Source of the DNA: Marsupella aquatica
Taxonomy: Eukaryota > Plantae > Marchantiophyta
Assembly: GCA_973895155.1 (NCBI GenBank)
Contig: OZ316895.1
Coordinates: 3,273,659-3,337,658, forward strand
Reading direction: 5' to 3'
Length of the DNA stretch: 64,000 nucleotides
Shown: piece after piece, positions 37,381 to 51,977 of the stretch
How the letters are laid out: each line of letters begins with the position of its first letter
Numbering within the stretch: the first letter of the stretch is position 1
Program-made: the position numbers and the translations under genes
Notes under the pieces: generated by a model
The model's database searches: none
The model's input: only the letters and a program-made list of their open reading frames with translations
What the model was told of the DNA's origin: nothing

Positions 37381-40300
37381 CTAGTTTAGAATTTCTGATC
37401 TACTGGGTGCGTCTACGGGAGACTGATCGTCTAACACGACGGCACTCTTGGCTTCTAAGTCGGACTCATTAGATGGCATCTCTACCGGTGATGTATATTC
37501 CGACGGTTGGTCTGATACTGCACCAGGTTCCGGCACCTCATCGGATGGTGAAGTCTGTGTGGGGTCTGCCCTTCCCTTGAAGTCGACTCTACGGCCTTCA
37601 TCTACCAATGCCTTAATCCCAATTAATCTTGGATCATCTCTTGGTATGTTACTCCTCTGCCAAAACAAATAATAAAAAAATATTTAGCAAAACAGAAAAT
37701 AGATACTGTATCAGAACACTAACCCTCAATCACAGATATCATTGGACATGAGACAAAATCCTATTCTGAAACATGCATCGCTAACATGGAGATCATATCC
37801 AACAGAAATCAAGTAAGCCTTGCTCCAATCTCGAGCTAACTTCCCTGGAAAGGTTAGAAGTAAAGAAATAATAAACTTAGTAGCTGACACCGTCAACAAA
37901 TCAAATACAAAGCACATTAGTGGCAAAATGGGGAGAGGACAGATTAAACAGCAATAGTAATCTAAGCATTCATTAAATAATGTAATCTCCAACAAGCTTA
38001 GGCTTTACCTCAAGAGCTCGGTAGTACTCCTGTACGATAAATTTTGAAATTTTGACCTCACGGTTCCTCATCATGTCCCATACCATGTTTGCTACAGCAA
38101 TATCGTACGTCTGTGGAACCAACCATAAGCCCAAATTAACAATAGCATTCCAAACATGACATGCTTTTCCTGGTATTAAAAGATCAAACTGTCCCTCATG
38201 GACCCTGAAGTAAGCTGCATAGTTCATGCTTTTGAGAAGAAATGGCTTGTAACAGAAATCAATTGATTCCAATTGCAGATATATTTCCGATTGGGGCAAG
38301 GAATTAAACGACACCATTGTAAAAGAGCCAGAATTGAAATAATGCAGAATGGCTCAAAGCAATTTATCAAGGACTTAATAGAGTGAATACGAGCATAACC
38401 GATATACAAGAATTATACTAGAGAGTAAAGAAAATTGAATGAATAAGAGGTCGAAGCAATGAATTAAGAACATGAAGTGTACGAATGAACAAAACGAGAA
38501 TGTTCTCCATGTAGATCTAACTAGGCCACAGGGTCACCTATGTACAAAGACTTTCCAGCGTCAAATTCCACAGATCACACAAAGTAGGCAGCATATACAA
38601 TTAGTCAAACAACACATCAAGATCCCTTATCTCAGCCAAACGTCGAACTGAGAAATAGGCCACTAATCTAAGTTAGAAAGCAATTGAGACAGTTCTAAAA
38701 AAACGAAATTTACGGATAAAGGCAATCTGCTACACCAAACCGCGAGGGCATCTAGATCAACATGGTTCTCTATAACTGGGCTGGAAGGCCTGGATGAATG
38801 CAAAACTTTAAAGAATCCTATCACCCTTTCAGACTGATTGCAGATTGACGCATTCCAACCAAACAAGCAAACTACGACTCAAATAGCCAATCGGTTCTAC
38901 AGTGAATTACTTGCAAGTCAATGATAACAGGGTCATCGGAGGGGATTCAACTACTGACAGTCCTCTGATTGACCCATTTCAAAAGACAAAACACACAAAA
39001 GTAGAGGAATCTTCCTACAGCTCCTGTAGGTTCTATAACATGGTCAACGTGTTAATATAGGCACCCAGCAACAAAGCCAAATCCGTACAAGAGTCAAGTT
39101 CTTACTTTTGGCTGACAGGCTCGTTGCAGAAGCTTACTTCCTAATTGAGCGTTCAAGAAGAACCCCTTTTGCACAAAGTCAACCTGTAGACGACAAACAG
39201 CCACATCGTCAAACAGAAGTGTATAATCTCAACTGTTCTCACAAAAGTTATCAGAGCAGAAACAAACTTGCAGGTTTCCTACACAGCTGAGAGATCGACC
39301 ACTAACATAACATGTATAGACAACCATATTTCTTCAATGCCAAAACAAACGTACAGGGCCCAAAATGGCATACCAAGAGCTTTTGTGCAATTGCAGATGA
39401 CTCTGGAGAGCACTGATCAATGGCTCCCTCAATTAGTATCTGTCTCACAAAAGAACCACCATTACCATCAATAGTTGCCTACAGCATATGACCCTAAAAT
39501 TGGTACAATATTGACTACCCAACACGCAAAGCTATGTAAGGGATGCTAGGCATAGAGACACCCCTCCACAATGCGCTATGTATCTAAAATATGTCAAGAG
39601 CATGAGAAGGATCAAGAGAAGTCGGTTTCTTATCCTGGACAAAGAGCTAAGCCATTGACATGTATGCACGTGAGGTTTTGACCGGAGTTCGGGAAATGTG
39701 GATCAAAGCAACCCTGCTGGCACGTCGGAAAGAGAAGGTCAGGAAGAGTATACCATGTACAGCTCAAGAGTTGGCTGTCTGCCTGTGTCCACAAATTTAC
39801 TGTACGCTGCGCATGCCTGCTCAAAGTCACCCTCCATCAAATGGCACCTGTTGCAGGACCAACATAAATGACGCATGCAAAAACGAGTCCCTTATGCTCT
39901 TACGCAATCGCAAATGCATCTCATTGAACTGTCAAAACAACGTCAAAAGAGAAATCTGGCCACGTAACTTCTACCGTTCGCAGTTTTGACACAAAGCACA
40001 TTCTTGGGAAGATTCGATTGTGATTATCTAATCCCGACCACAGCAACCTTTGCAAACAATTCTTGTCCCCCACTCCCAAGAATGGCAACAGTGAGATTAC
40101 TAACGCCAGTATCACCTTCTTCAAAATCCTATGGAGCAAAAGTCTCTTATCTGTCCTGCTACGTGAAACAATTAGTTGTCTAAGAAAGCGTAAGAAATGG
40201 CCATACTTCAGAAGTTGAGTGACGCAATATGAATCCAGTTGATGTCCGTCCGTCTCGACTAATTTCAAAACAGTCTTCACAGCCTGTATCTCTGCTTAGT

Positions 40301-42736
40301 TAGAATTTGTCTAATTGCAGCCTGATTTTACCTGCCATTCCCGCACTTGAAGAGATTTGAAGCAACCAAAAGTACAGCAGAAGTAAACCATGATGTGCTA
40401 TTTTAAGTGGCAACGTATAATTTTAGAGGAGCTCAGATTCACACAAGAAGAAAAGTTTCTACAATGCAAGTGTTTCCACCTTAAGTGCATGAGAAAACAA
40501 ATTAAACGGCCCACCTCCTTATTCCCAAGTGCACTCAGAGCTTTCACCGCAGCATGATAGACAGCAAGGCGGCGATTCACAGAACCACGTCTAGTCTGCA
40601 GGTCAACTAACAACATGCTCGCTAACCCATCGTCGACATCATCAGTAGTTTCCAACTCTCCAGTGGCAGCTACAGCCATTAAATCCTCCGCTGACTGCTG
40701 CTTTGACTGCTCCAGCAACTCAAAAATCTGCAAGCATTGCCGTCCACAGTTTTCAAGCATCAAGCCTCCTGGCCGACTAGTCGCGAACAGCCTTTACCAA
40801 ATGAGCCACATTAACAATGCATTGATGGGCAGGAGTCTTCCCTTATTTGCGGAGGGTTTCTCGCGAGGTCCACATCCAAGCCAAAAGTTGAAAAACAGGA
40901 TTGAATGATGCTGGAAAATTCTTGCCCAACAAATCAAGTTCAAATCTCTAATAATATACAGAAAGGCACTGCATTCAGCTTCAGTTTCTCCAATCAATAT
41001 TTCCGTCCGGAGATACTCTTCCACTAGCATAGACCTTCATACCAAATTCAGGAATGTGAGCAGAAAAAATAGTTACCTTCTGGACAGCATCTTGAGTGTG
41101 AGGTTGCTTATTTTCATGGGCTATTATAAGAGCGCCATAAAAATTCCTGTCCAGAGAGAGACCACTTGCTGCCATCCTCCTTACAACTCCGTATCTGCTT
41201 GCGAACCCAAATTAATCCAAATCAGTGACTCCACCATGACGCTACACATTTTTACTCATAGAACATCATCATATCTGAAAATAATTCCTCAATTTCGGTT
41301 GCTTAATTCCTAAATATACTAGACAGGGAAAGAATGTCTGTACGCTTCGTCAACGCGACCAGCAATTGCACAAGTTCTCAAAAGCGCCAAAAACGTGCGG
41401 TGCCTCAGTTGAATTCCAGAAGCCTCCATTTCGTCAGCTACCTGAATGCAACATGCACGGGAACAACTGTTCATTGGAATAGCCATACCACAGGAGCAAC
41501 GGCTTTATACCATTTTTGTCAATGTGAACTATCCCCAAGATTAACGCATTGCTCGGTACAAGGAAAGGTGGGAATGATCGAGGGCTCCAGGGTTTTTACT
41601 TTGCACTGGGGATTTCATCAATGAAAAGCAGCTGACAACTTCTACTATCCTCTCTAAAACGACAGAGTTCATACTATGGCCATGGACAGATCAGAGAAAT
41701 TGAAGGATAGTCCAAAACAAGATCAAACACTTAAACGACTGACGAACCTGAAATGCACGCTCGACTTGCATTGATCTGCCACATGCTGCGATGACGCAGT
41801 TGTATAAGTCAACCTGTACAATGCAAGATTTAATTTCAGTATTGCTGTGCACGCCTTTCAAAGTAACAATCTATGTCAGCGAATTCCAAAGGTGGACTGT
41901 ATAGATTTAACACAATCAGCTGTACGTGATTTGGAGATAAAATCAAACATACGTCAGGGGTGAGTCCCATGGCCTTCATCTCGTCGAAGAAATACATCAC
42001 ATCTTGCAGTCGTAAACCCTTCATACAGCCGTCAATGAGAAGAAAAAACGTCTCGGGGATTGGCTGAACTCCGTCCAGCAGCATATCGTCGTAAACATCA
42101 CGAACGAGTGCTGGTCTGCAATCCCCCACTTTCATATTTTCCATCAGTGACTATTATCCTCAGCATTAATTAGGACTAGTGGTCACATTTCCTCACGTGC
42201 GCTGTGAACAAAACACGAAGGGAAATTTTATTGACACTCTCCAAGCATTTGACCTAGATATTTCGTGAATGAAAGAGAAATAAGATTGTATGGCATCAAG
42301 TAATCACCTTCTCTTATAGTTGACAGCTGAAATAAGTCTATTATAGTGATAAACATCACTAGCTTCGGCCGGCTTGGATCCAGGAGAAGAATAAGCGGAA
42401 CTGAAATCACGCGTAAACCCGTGCAGTGCTGGACGAGGTGCTGCTGACACTGACTCAGGAATGCAAGTTGCCAGTCCCAAAAAGTCCGAACCTGGACCAA
42501 ATGATCAACAATTCAACTCAGTGCTGCATTCTCGGCCGAATGCTCTCTGGGGGCAAATTAAGATTTCATAAAAAAGTGACACTGATGGAATTTATTTTCG
42601 TAGTCCTTATCTGAAAGTGCCAAAGCGACATGAAAAGACTGAGCGGTAAACTACCAGAGAGAGCTGCAGAGTTTTGGGAAGACCACCACGACGCCGAAGT
42701 GCGCAGCAAAGCTCGTGGCAAGGAGCGCATCGCCAT
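37381..42736 (-). CDS. Mitochondrial P-class pentatricopeptide repeat protein (At4g35850-like), multi-exon
   Basis: ATG 42736 (MAMRSLPRALLRTS). Exons encode DVYHYNRLISAVNYKRR, RDVYDDMLLDGVQP..MKAMGLTPDV, FYGALIIAHENKQP, RRLAVYHAAVKAL, KCHLMEGDFEQ..ELYM, ILIEGAI, IAVANMVWDMM and IPRDDPRL; stop 37381. Similarity to At4g35850 is recalled from memory, not searched. Confidence 0.88.
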
Positions 42737-42998
42737 GGTTGGCAGCTTTCAGATCACACACTCTTCGGAAAATGAGGAGGGCACGCAGGAAACCCTAGTC
42801 CATCGATGGGGAAATGTTCAATGCCTGCCTTGCTATCGAGGTGCATTGCAAGGTCTGCACAGTATCGTTCCGCCGCAATGTGACATGAGTACAGAACAGT
42901 CGAGTAGCTCTTACTCAAAAGCACAGTGTCAACTTTCGCTTTGCATGTCTGTTTGGAGAATACCTTCTTTTAAACCTTGGAGAATGCTTTCTTTTAAA

Positions 42999-44900
42999 CC
43001 ACACCTGCCCATATAAAAGCCTAATTCTGTCGTTATTCACACCTGCCCATATAAAAGCCTAATTCCTAATTCCATAGTTAAAGTACACCTGCTCACATAA
43101 AAGCCTAATTTCATCTTGAAATCACACCTGCCCAAATGAAAGCCCAATTCTGTCGTTCACTACTCCTCAGTGAACATTCCTGTTCAATAGTGTCTCACCA
43201 CAAAAGGTGTAACTTTATGGTGAAGCACTTGCCAATGAATTAATCCGTGGACCCCCATCCTCATCCAAGGAATGTGTGTGTGATGAAGTGAAATGGAGGT
43301 AACCAATGGTTTTGAGTCTCTTGGTGATCTTGGTGTGTGCTTGTACAAAAGAGAACGCTCAAAAGACAAAGGAGATTGATCTGGTTGAGATGATCTCTCA
43401 GGTTTATCAAATGGAAGGTTGAATGTAGAGGAATTGAGTTTTTTGACAGTTTTTGCTTACACATTGGAGAAATCATGTTTCTACCATTCTTGATTGATCA
43501 TTTGTGAGTTACATTGAGCATTACCGCCACAAGACAGACTGGATGACAACACTCAATTGTTGGTGAAAGAGCACTTGTTGTTTCGATGGGAAGAATGCAC
43601 AAAATGGACGAGCCATCATTTCATATGAAGGTTTTGTGGTTTTTTTATTTAAGATAGTTATGGTGAGGGGGAGACTAACGATTGTTTCTTCAACATAAAG
43701 GTTGCATTTGGCGTCAACCTGTGTTCATAGTGAGCTTCAGTTGAAGACTGGAGGGACACAAACAATTCAAGCCAGGAAGTAAGCATTGCAGACAAGTGAT
43801 GGTGACATAATTGAATAAATCAATTTGCAATAGCTAAGTTTGTGACGGTGAGGAGATTGTGACATCTGTTAGTCGAGCAAGGGTTGCCAATGAGTCTTAG
43901 ATTGACAAATTTTGTCAAGTTCCACCTGAGTTTTTGAATTTCTCTGCCTTTCCAATGAGTGTGACAATAAGAAATTTTCATCATGAGTTCATGAATTCTT
44001 TTAGCTTTCTAACATTGAGTCCAACATTGACAAATTTCATGTCAGATTTTGTCATGGTACTAAAGAGATCATGAGATTTTCAATCTCTCTCTAAAGTGTG
44101 ACATTGAGAGTATTTGTCAAGAATTAGAGAGATCATGAGTGTCCGAATTTCTCTAGCTTTCCAATGAATGTGACATTGAGCTATTTTATCAAGATAGTAC
44201 TAAAGAGATCATGAGTTTCTTGATCTTGAGCTTTCCAATGAATCAACATTGACAGATTTAATCAAGTACTAAGGAGATTGATTATTATTCAGTTGGAGTC
44301 AAAAGAGTTCTAACTATATACATTTCTATCAATTGGTTATTTTTTAATACTTGCAAACAATTAAAAAATACAAGCATTTTGATGTAAAACACTGATATAT
44401 CATTGACGAATGGTAACTTTATTTTACCAAATGACATCTCTTCCTTTGTACTTTGGTTTTTTTACTCTTAATATTTACGGCATGGCGCCCCAAAAATTAC
44501 GTTGCTTTTGCCACAAACACGAATGTGTGCTTTTGTTACTGTCAAAAATAGGATCTGTCCTGTTTGTGGCTGGTTTTGGTGATGTGGCGCAACCTCATGG
44601 TAGGGAATTTGTCAAGGACCTCTCATGGGGGTCCGTAAATAGTATGCATTCAACACCTTTGTGGAGCTCAAGCACATTTCTGAACGTCATATAAAATCCT
44701 AATTCAGTTTAAGCCACACCTGCCCAAATACAAGCCTAATTCCATAGTTCACTACTTATTCCTGTTCACTACTCCTAGTGAACATTCCTGTTCAACAGTG
44801 TCTCACCATAAAAGGTGGAACTATATGGTGAAGCACTTGCCAATAAAATAGTATTCACTCAACACCTTTTGTGGAGCTCAAGCACATTTTTGAGCCTCTG
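42999..44900. repeat. Composite repeat: short tandem units plus a duplicated ~200-bp unit whose first copy is split by a ~1.4-kb insertion
   Basis: CACACCTGCCCATATAAAAGCCTAATT about 4 times (42999-43150). 43125-43236 matches 44715-44843, and 44637-44683 matches 44846-44893. Confidence 0.7.
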
Positions 44901-45346
44901 AACTTTATAATGAGAGCAATGGGTAACTCATAGCTCTTAATAGGTGCACGGGTGATTTTAACCACCATTTAGATTTTCATCTTGTATTTGTTGAAGGTTG
45001 TCTACAATGATTTAGTTGGTGTATCGGGTCTCATGTATGCTTGTAAGGAAGCTAATAGTCCTTCATTTGATTGGATTGATGAGATGAAGATAATGGGAAA
45101 ATTTTGGGGATACATTTTTCTTTAAATTGGTCTAGAAAGTAGGTCTTCAAGCTATACAACAACATAATAACTTGGACTCCTAGTGGACTTGAGACAAAAT
45201 TATTTAAGGTTAAAAAACTCATTTGATGTGTTTTAGAACATTTATGTAACCCTAGTGAGACAAAAATAGCAGCATCAAAACTCAATTTTCTTGGACTAAC
45301 TTCAAATATTGTTGGGTTTAGGTGCACGTACACCATCACAACTAGT

Positions 45347-45381
45347 CATCTCATCTCATCTCATCTCATCTCATCTCATCT
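45347..45381. repeat. (CATCT)7 microsatellite
   Basis: Read directly from the sequence. Confidence 0.95.
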
Positions 45382-46256
45382 GTTAACGAATGTAGAAGAA
45401 ATTCGACAACATGCACCTTTTTGTGACTATTGTGCACACTCATCCATCGGGAGCCAGTGGGCATGATGCACTTGGACCTCAATACCCAAACATACTATGC
45501 ATTGCTTCCCCAACGCAAGTTCTTGTGGGAACTGAATGCGGCTTGACTACTGTTTTGGTAAGATTGGCAAGTGGGCGAGATAGCCTGTGCAAACCGTGAG
45601 GACCATAGGCACCCCAAGTCGCAACTGAGATCAAGAGGCCATAGTTATCCTCAAGAGCTTTCCAATGCATCCAAGAAGTCCCATAAAGGACTTTGCGTTT
45701 AGGAGATATTGTTGTTTTTTATTGGTGACCCTTGATAGCGCAATCGCTATACCCCATGACTTGGGCTTGTCTTTGGTCCACTGGAGACACAACTCTACTC
45801 ATATATGTTTCTGTTGACTTGCTACCCCCTACCAACTTTGGACCCGTATTTTGCCCCCCCCCCACAAGGACTCAAACCAAGTTGACCAGACATGAAGCTA
45901 ACTTGCTAGGCCAATAACTTTCTAGTTAGACATATGTAGATGAAGTGTCTTAGCCCATTGCAGCTGGGTCAATGCGGTGCTCATGCCCAGGCCCTTAGGA
46001 TTTATTGGGCGTCAACAGTCCCAGCGGCTCCACCCGAGCGCTGCCAATTTTTGAATTGTGTTGTTTCGCATGATCCAAACTTTCTTACACTTAGGTCCAA
46101 GAGGAGTTTTCACTCAAGCCCTTAGAACTTGATTGTCAGGGGTCCGGACTGTTTACCTTGAGCCCAACCCATCTTATGGCCCGACTTGCTCTTCACGCCA
46201 GTCCGAGTTGCGTGTGCGCGACTTTAGCTCAATGCCTCGCCTTTGCTAGGGTAACA

Positions 46257-46345
46257 TGTTGAGCATAGACAACAATCACAACGGTAAGCACATGACACAT
46301 CCAACGTGCAAGTATTCGACACAAGAGATACATGGTTCACCTCCT
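46257..46345 (-). mobile_element. LTR end fragment of the copia B family
   Basis: TGTTGAGCATAGACAACAATCACAACGGTAAGCACATGACACATCCAA... is close to the reverse complement of 10252-10340. Confidence 0.8.
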
Positions 46346-46497
46346 CGAGAACCATGTATTCGAATAACTCCCCTAACACTTTTACAGATGATACAGAAAC
46401 AAACAAACAAACCTAAAGTTTAGACACACCTTTCTTTCTTTGCATAGACTTTAAGGGGCAAACATGGTATCATTAAAAATGGAAAACTAGTCCATTC

Positions 46498-46829
46498 CGT
46501 TGAACATTGACAACATTCATAACAACATGCACATATCCATCCAATGATCAAATAGTCGACACAAAGAGATACTTGGTTCACCTCCACATAAGGCTCCATC
46601 CATAGGAACACACAAGAGCTTTACTGTACTCTAGGCCGACCAGCCATACCAAACATCCACAACACAAGCTCTCCTTATCTTTCAACTGGTTCCATAACAA
46701 TGAGCCTGAGTTCACATCGCTTGGGTATATAGTGTGTGCACAACATTACTAACTTAACCTAGTCTGCGACTAAGGTTAGCCCTAACTGTGATACAATAAT
46801 AATTCTAGACCTAAAAGTTAATCCTAACA
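46498..46829 (-). mobile_element. Copia solo LTR related to the element B LTR
   Basis: CGTTGAAC (decayed TG)...CCTAACA, 332 bp, flanked by 5-bp TSD CATTC (46493-46497 and 46830-46834); colinear similarity to the reverse complement of 9998-10340. Confidence 0.8.
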
Positions 46830-48015
46830 CATTCTGGTTTCTGCTTTGGTTTATGAAGTAGTTCTTACGATGGATTGATTGTCCGCACCAAGCTTGTTTG
46901 TGCAAATAAAAAAGGCTGGATGTGAGCTTGAAGCAGTTTCCTTTTTTCCTATTGATCAATTGACTGTCTCCAATGGATTCTATTGTATGTGAGCGCAGGT
47001 AGTGAGGCAGAGCATTCTCGGGAGGGGTCTGACCTAGTATAGGGTGGCTTACCAAACCACAACCTGGGTCCTAGTAACTGCACATCAAAATATGACATAT
47101 GCGGTGAACAACATCCCTCCATACCATCATAAACCTGGTCATTTTCTTTAAATTAATGTGTACACCCTATATTATCACATTTTGATGTGTATTTATTTTA
47201 GATATCATCATAATTCTTGTTATTTTATTTAAATCAATGAGTGTACACCTTATATTACCACATTTTGATGTGTGATTACTTGCACTGGACCCATGGCCAG
47301 TGTGGCAGAATGGTGTCTAGGCCAGTTAAGCATCCTTCCAACTTCTCTGGCTGCTGCAACTGCAATCACGGTGGGGCTGAGGAGAGGCATTGCACTAGAA
47401 TGATAGTCTGATAGTCTAGAAGGGGATATTGAATTAAAGCAGGTTGAAGAGAGCAAAACAGAGAATAACAAGCATTGGGAGAGGAATTTGTTTAGATTAG
47501 CAATAGCGAAAGTGGGATTTTTCACTGGTAACAACTCTCGCAGAAGTGGCACACCGCGTCCTTTTTGTTGATTGGCTTTGTCAAAATGTCGATCATGATT
47601 TCTCTACCAGGACGACTGCAAAGAATCATGATCAGACAGGTACGATAGAAAAGTATGTTATTATCACAATAAAGTCGTGATAGATAGAATTCTGGTGTCA
47701 CGGTGTGTGAATGCAGGCAACATTTGGGCAATGGTAGCACACGATCTAGTAATACTCACAGGAAACACTTGCTTGCAGAAATGACATCCATCCCACAATT
47801 CATAGGTCATGATCTAAGTAATCAGGCAAAAATTCGCAGCGTTCTCCATATATTTTACTGATTGGATGCGGAAGTATTTACACTTCAATCCTACAGTAGC
47901 GTGTCAACCCCTAAAGAGTTTCACAATAGACGTTCATTGGGTGTAAGGTATCCCACAGATTGCAGACATCCTTGATGAAAGTTTGGACCAAACATGTCCA
48001 TTTATCATTTTCTTG

Positions 48016-51000
48016 TCATATAGAAGCAAAGAGGAGCGAAGCATTGGTACCCCCAAACCCAAAAGAATTTGTGAGCACAGCTTTCATATCTCGGCGTGTG
48101 GCACTTCTGAGTGGAGTAAAATGATCATGAAAAATAGCGTCAGGATTATCCAGATTCAAAGTTGGAGGAGCTACGTTCTGTAACCACCAATTTCAACTGC
48201 GTGTCAGCTCTGCCGTAAGATTAGACATAATTAGAATAGCTGCAAACACAAGATGCCAGTGTTTCCAAGGAGACAACTGAACGACTCACATGATGAAGTG
48301 CCAAAATCGAAAAGATGGCCTCCACAGCTCCTGCTGCTCCTAATAGGTGACCTGTAGCACCCTACCTCATTTCTGAAATTGTTAGTCGAGGCTCAGACAT
48401 AACCATTAGTGTACCCCTCTGTATACAATTTCAGGGAAATCTCTGAATGTATATTGTATATTCAGCACACCTTAGTTGATGAGAATACCATGTCGCCATT
48501 TGTTATATGCTCCTTAAAAACGGTCTTCATGGCCCTCGCTTCCACGGCATCCCCTGAAGTAAACAATGCAGGTTGGTTGGATACAATTCCCAATTACACC
48601 TGCTAGGAGCTCTCCTAAAACTGATCAGAACTCCGTGAAATGTTTCAGTTCTTTGATGTTTGTCCTAACTAAAATTACAGACATATTTGCCGTACCTAAG
48701 GGTGTTGATGTTGCATGGGCATTGACATAGTCCACGTCATTTGGCTCCAACCCAGACTGCACACAAATTCAACAAAATGGAAATGAACAGAAAGAGGCAG
48801 CAGCCGGGCCTTTAAAAAATTGGACCCATTGCCTCGAAGCTAAACTTCAATTTTCTAGAGTGTTACACTCCAGTGATTCGTCTTCGACTTCATTTTCCTT
48901 AGGTATCAAGGGAAGAAGAGTTACATTGACAGCAAATATTCAGTCTAAACCAAAAGCAGTTCATTACTACAAACAGATGCAGACATCGAATTTCGATGGC
49001 AAAAATGGCCTCTATCATGGTGCTAAAGAAGCATACTAGTCCCTTTCTGGTTAGTGATGCAGATGTTCGTGTATTCGAGTATATAGCACGCCCACCAGGA
49101 CCGAAAAATTGGAATCACACGATCTCTGGCTTCAAAAGTCAGACCTGATTTAAAGCTCTTGCCATTGCCAGAACGGCTCCTCTCCCATCACCTGATGGCT
49201 GTGTTATGTGATATGCATCCCCTGGGTTGTCAAGGAAACGTTTAGAAAATTAGCTTCATCAACTCATAGGAGTACACTGTAATTACTCTAAAACGCCAAT
49301 TTAAATATCTCTAAGCAGAAAAAATACCATCAGAATAAGTTGCCTTATACCAGACATCCCATATCCTCGAATTTCAGCATAAATTCTCGCACCCCTTTGT
49401 TGGGCATGTTCAAGTTCCTGAAGTGCAGTTAACATCAACACATCTTGTACATCAGGTATTAGCTTTGAAAATTGGAAAGCTTTGATTCCAATGCAGCTCC
49501 TATCCTATAATTACAGTAAGAATGTTGACAAATTGACAGTACTCACATGCTAGTATGTCTGGGTAACGGCTGATGAATCAAAATAATGGTCTAAAGCAGG
49601 TAACTTAAGCTGCACTAGACTCTCCAGGAGAAGGACCTGCAACCCAGTACACATATACAGTCACGTCTGGGAGTTTAAGATGTCTCACCTCTAAAACTAG
49701 AATACCAGCACCTTCACCCATCCTGAAGCAATCAGTCCATTTAGAAGTGAGTTTCGTACTGGAATTCTCTGATGGACGTGACAAATCTAATTCAATATCG
49801 ACTACCAAAGTTCTAGAGCTGATATGGGAATTAGAACTTGACAAGAAGATGAGATTGAACATACACAAATCCGTCTCTATCCCGATCAAAAGGTCTGGAA
49901 GATCTTTGTGGATCATCATTGAATCTTGTACTCAATGCACGGGCCCTATCGCAAGAAGAGCAACGACACAACGAGATTCATATGAGTTTTATCTCCTCAA
50001 CCATTGTAAGTATCCTGTAATAAGCAGTTTGCTTTATAGCTGGAAACCAAACATATTTTCACTGAGTCTATGCAAAACTCAGTCAAAGTCTGTACTATCA
50101 GGACCACAAATAGATACAGACCTAGAAAAGCCAGTAATAGACACAGCATCGACACTCGATTCAGTACCACCAGCCACCATAACATCCGCATCCCCAAAAC
50201 GTATCATCCGGGCAGCATCCCCAATTGAATGCGCCCCACTAGCGCAAGCTGTAACGGCTGCATGGTTAGGACCCTAGCACAAGTAAAACATAACTCTTAT
50301 TTAATATGAAATTTCACCCATGAATGGCCATCTTCGAAACTCGATACGCATTCCAGTCACTGAACTATCAACACTATTGTACAATAATGGTGAAGATTGC
50401 AAATGTACATATATACTCTTGCATAGAATCAACAGTTGTGAGCACACCTTAAATCCATGGGTTATGCTGACATGCCCTGCTGCCATGTTGATCAGAATAC
50501 GTGGAATGAAGAAGGGACTTAGTTTTCTCAGTTGCTGGCACAGACATCGCAAAAGACGTTCATTGACGGTGTGGCATCAGTCTTTGAAGTCAAAACTACT
50601 CTTAGAGGTGGTGGCTTGCAAACAAACGAGAGGAGACAAGGATTAAACCAATTGACTAAGGGTCATCAAAGCCCAGGAATCATTCAAACCCGGGAGGGTC
50701 GTACAGATATCGACCTTTCCAATAACCAGTTGCGCTGCTCCAATCATGTCACTGATGCACCCTATGCCACCTCCTATTGCAACCCCCTGGAAGAAGAACA
50801 AATATTATCATATCACTTCCTAGCCTCAATTTGTTGGCTTAAAATGAAGATCAATAGCTACAACTATCACTTCATAATTGTGTGCAGAAAGCTGTGTAAC
50901 AAGTCCTTCTAACTATGCAACTTAAGGATGGGACTTCACTTGTCTCGCGAGTTAGGTTCCAAAGAAAGTGCAATTATACTTCGCATCTGGATCACAAACC

Positions 51001-51977
51001 GTTCTTTCTCGTTCTTCTAGGTCTTGCGGTTTCCACCCAGCATCTGCAAGTGCTTCTTCAGCGGCACAAAGGGCATAAGCAATGAAAGGTGCAATCCGCT
51101 TTTTATCCTGCCAACAAAGCTCCAAATTTGATATGGGGAGACATGACAGGTTCAACGATAAAGGGATGGCAGTCTCAGATGTAGCAAGGACCCAACGCAG
51201 TTTCTGGCAAGGAAACCCTACTAGTGACATAGTTCCAAAATTATGTCTGATTTACTGGATCGTAATACGAGTTGGAATACTTGTCACATGCCACATACTT
51301 GGCCAAGCCACTTCTCAGAATTGAATTCATTTGAGGCAGTTCCATATGTTACTGTCGCAACTACCCTCGATGATAACTGCGCAAGTGTCTGACTCAACGA
51401 AAGATCATCCGCTCCATACAACTTCAGATCCTGAGTTCTTAGAGCATGAACGCCACTTTTCTCTGCTAGTATCTGCTCCCATGTGGCTTGCACTCCAGTA
51501 GCAAGGGGTGTGACCAAGCCTAACCCTGCAGAGCAAAAATAGTACCATCAAAACTGGTGCCCGACAACATGAACCTACATTTACGCTCTGCACGTGCCAA
51601 GACATTTCCTCACTCTTGGCCAAAGTACCTCTCTTTAGACAAAATCTGATGGACTGAGTGGTTAGATCCTATGGAAAGGTGAAAGTAGATTCAGCTTAGT
51701 CTTGAGATTTGTACTTAATGGAAGCAGTTCTTATCCTCCACTTGGTCCAAATCCCAGTGCCAGCAAAGGAGAGAGAGAGAGTGAAAGAATTGCAAATCCA
51801 CGAGGGCCAGATGGGCATGGCATCTCAGAGAGTAGAGGCAGAACCTGTGACAACAACTCGTCGCTGAGGTTGCAGAGGCGGGGGCTGGAATGCTGGACGG
51901 GCAACGGAAGTGCTACCATAGCGGACGGCCCCAACAGATCGAGCTAGACATCTTCTATTCGTGAGCCAAATCCTCAT
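48016..51977 (-). CDS. mtKAS: 3-oxoacyl-[ACP] synthase, mitochondrial (mtKAS/OXSM type), multi-exon
   Basis: ATG 51977 [21 protein letters not shown]|LGLVTPL; [13 protein letters not shown]; [16 protein letters not shown]; [20 protein letters not shown] (catalytic Cys); [11 protein letters not shown]; [10 protein letters not shown]; [12 protein letters not shown]; [12 protein letters not shown] (stop 48016). Confidence 0.94.
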
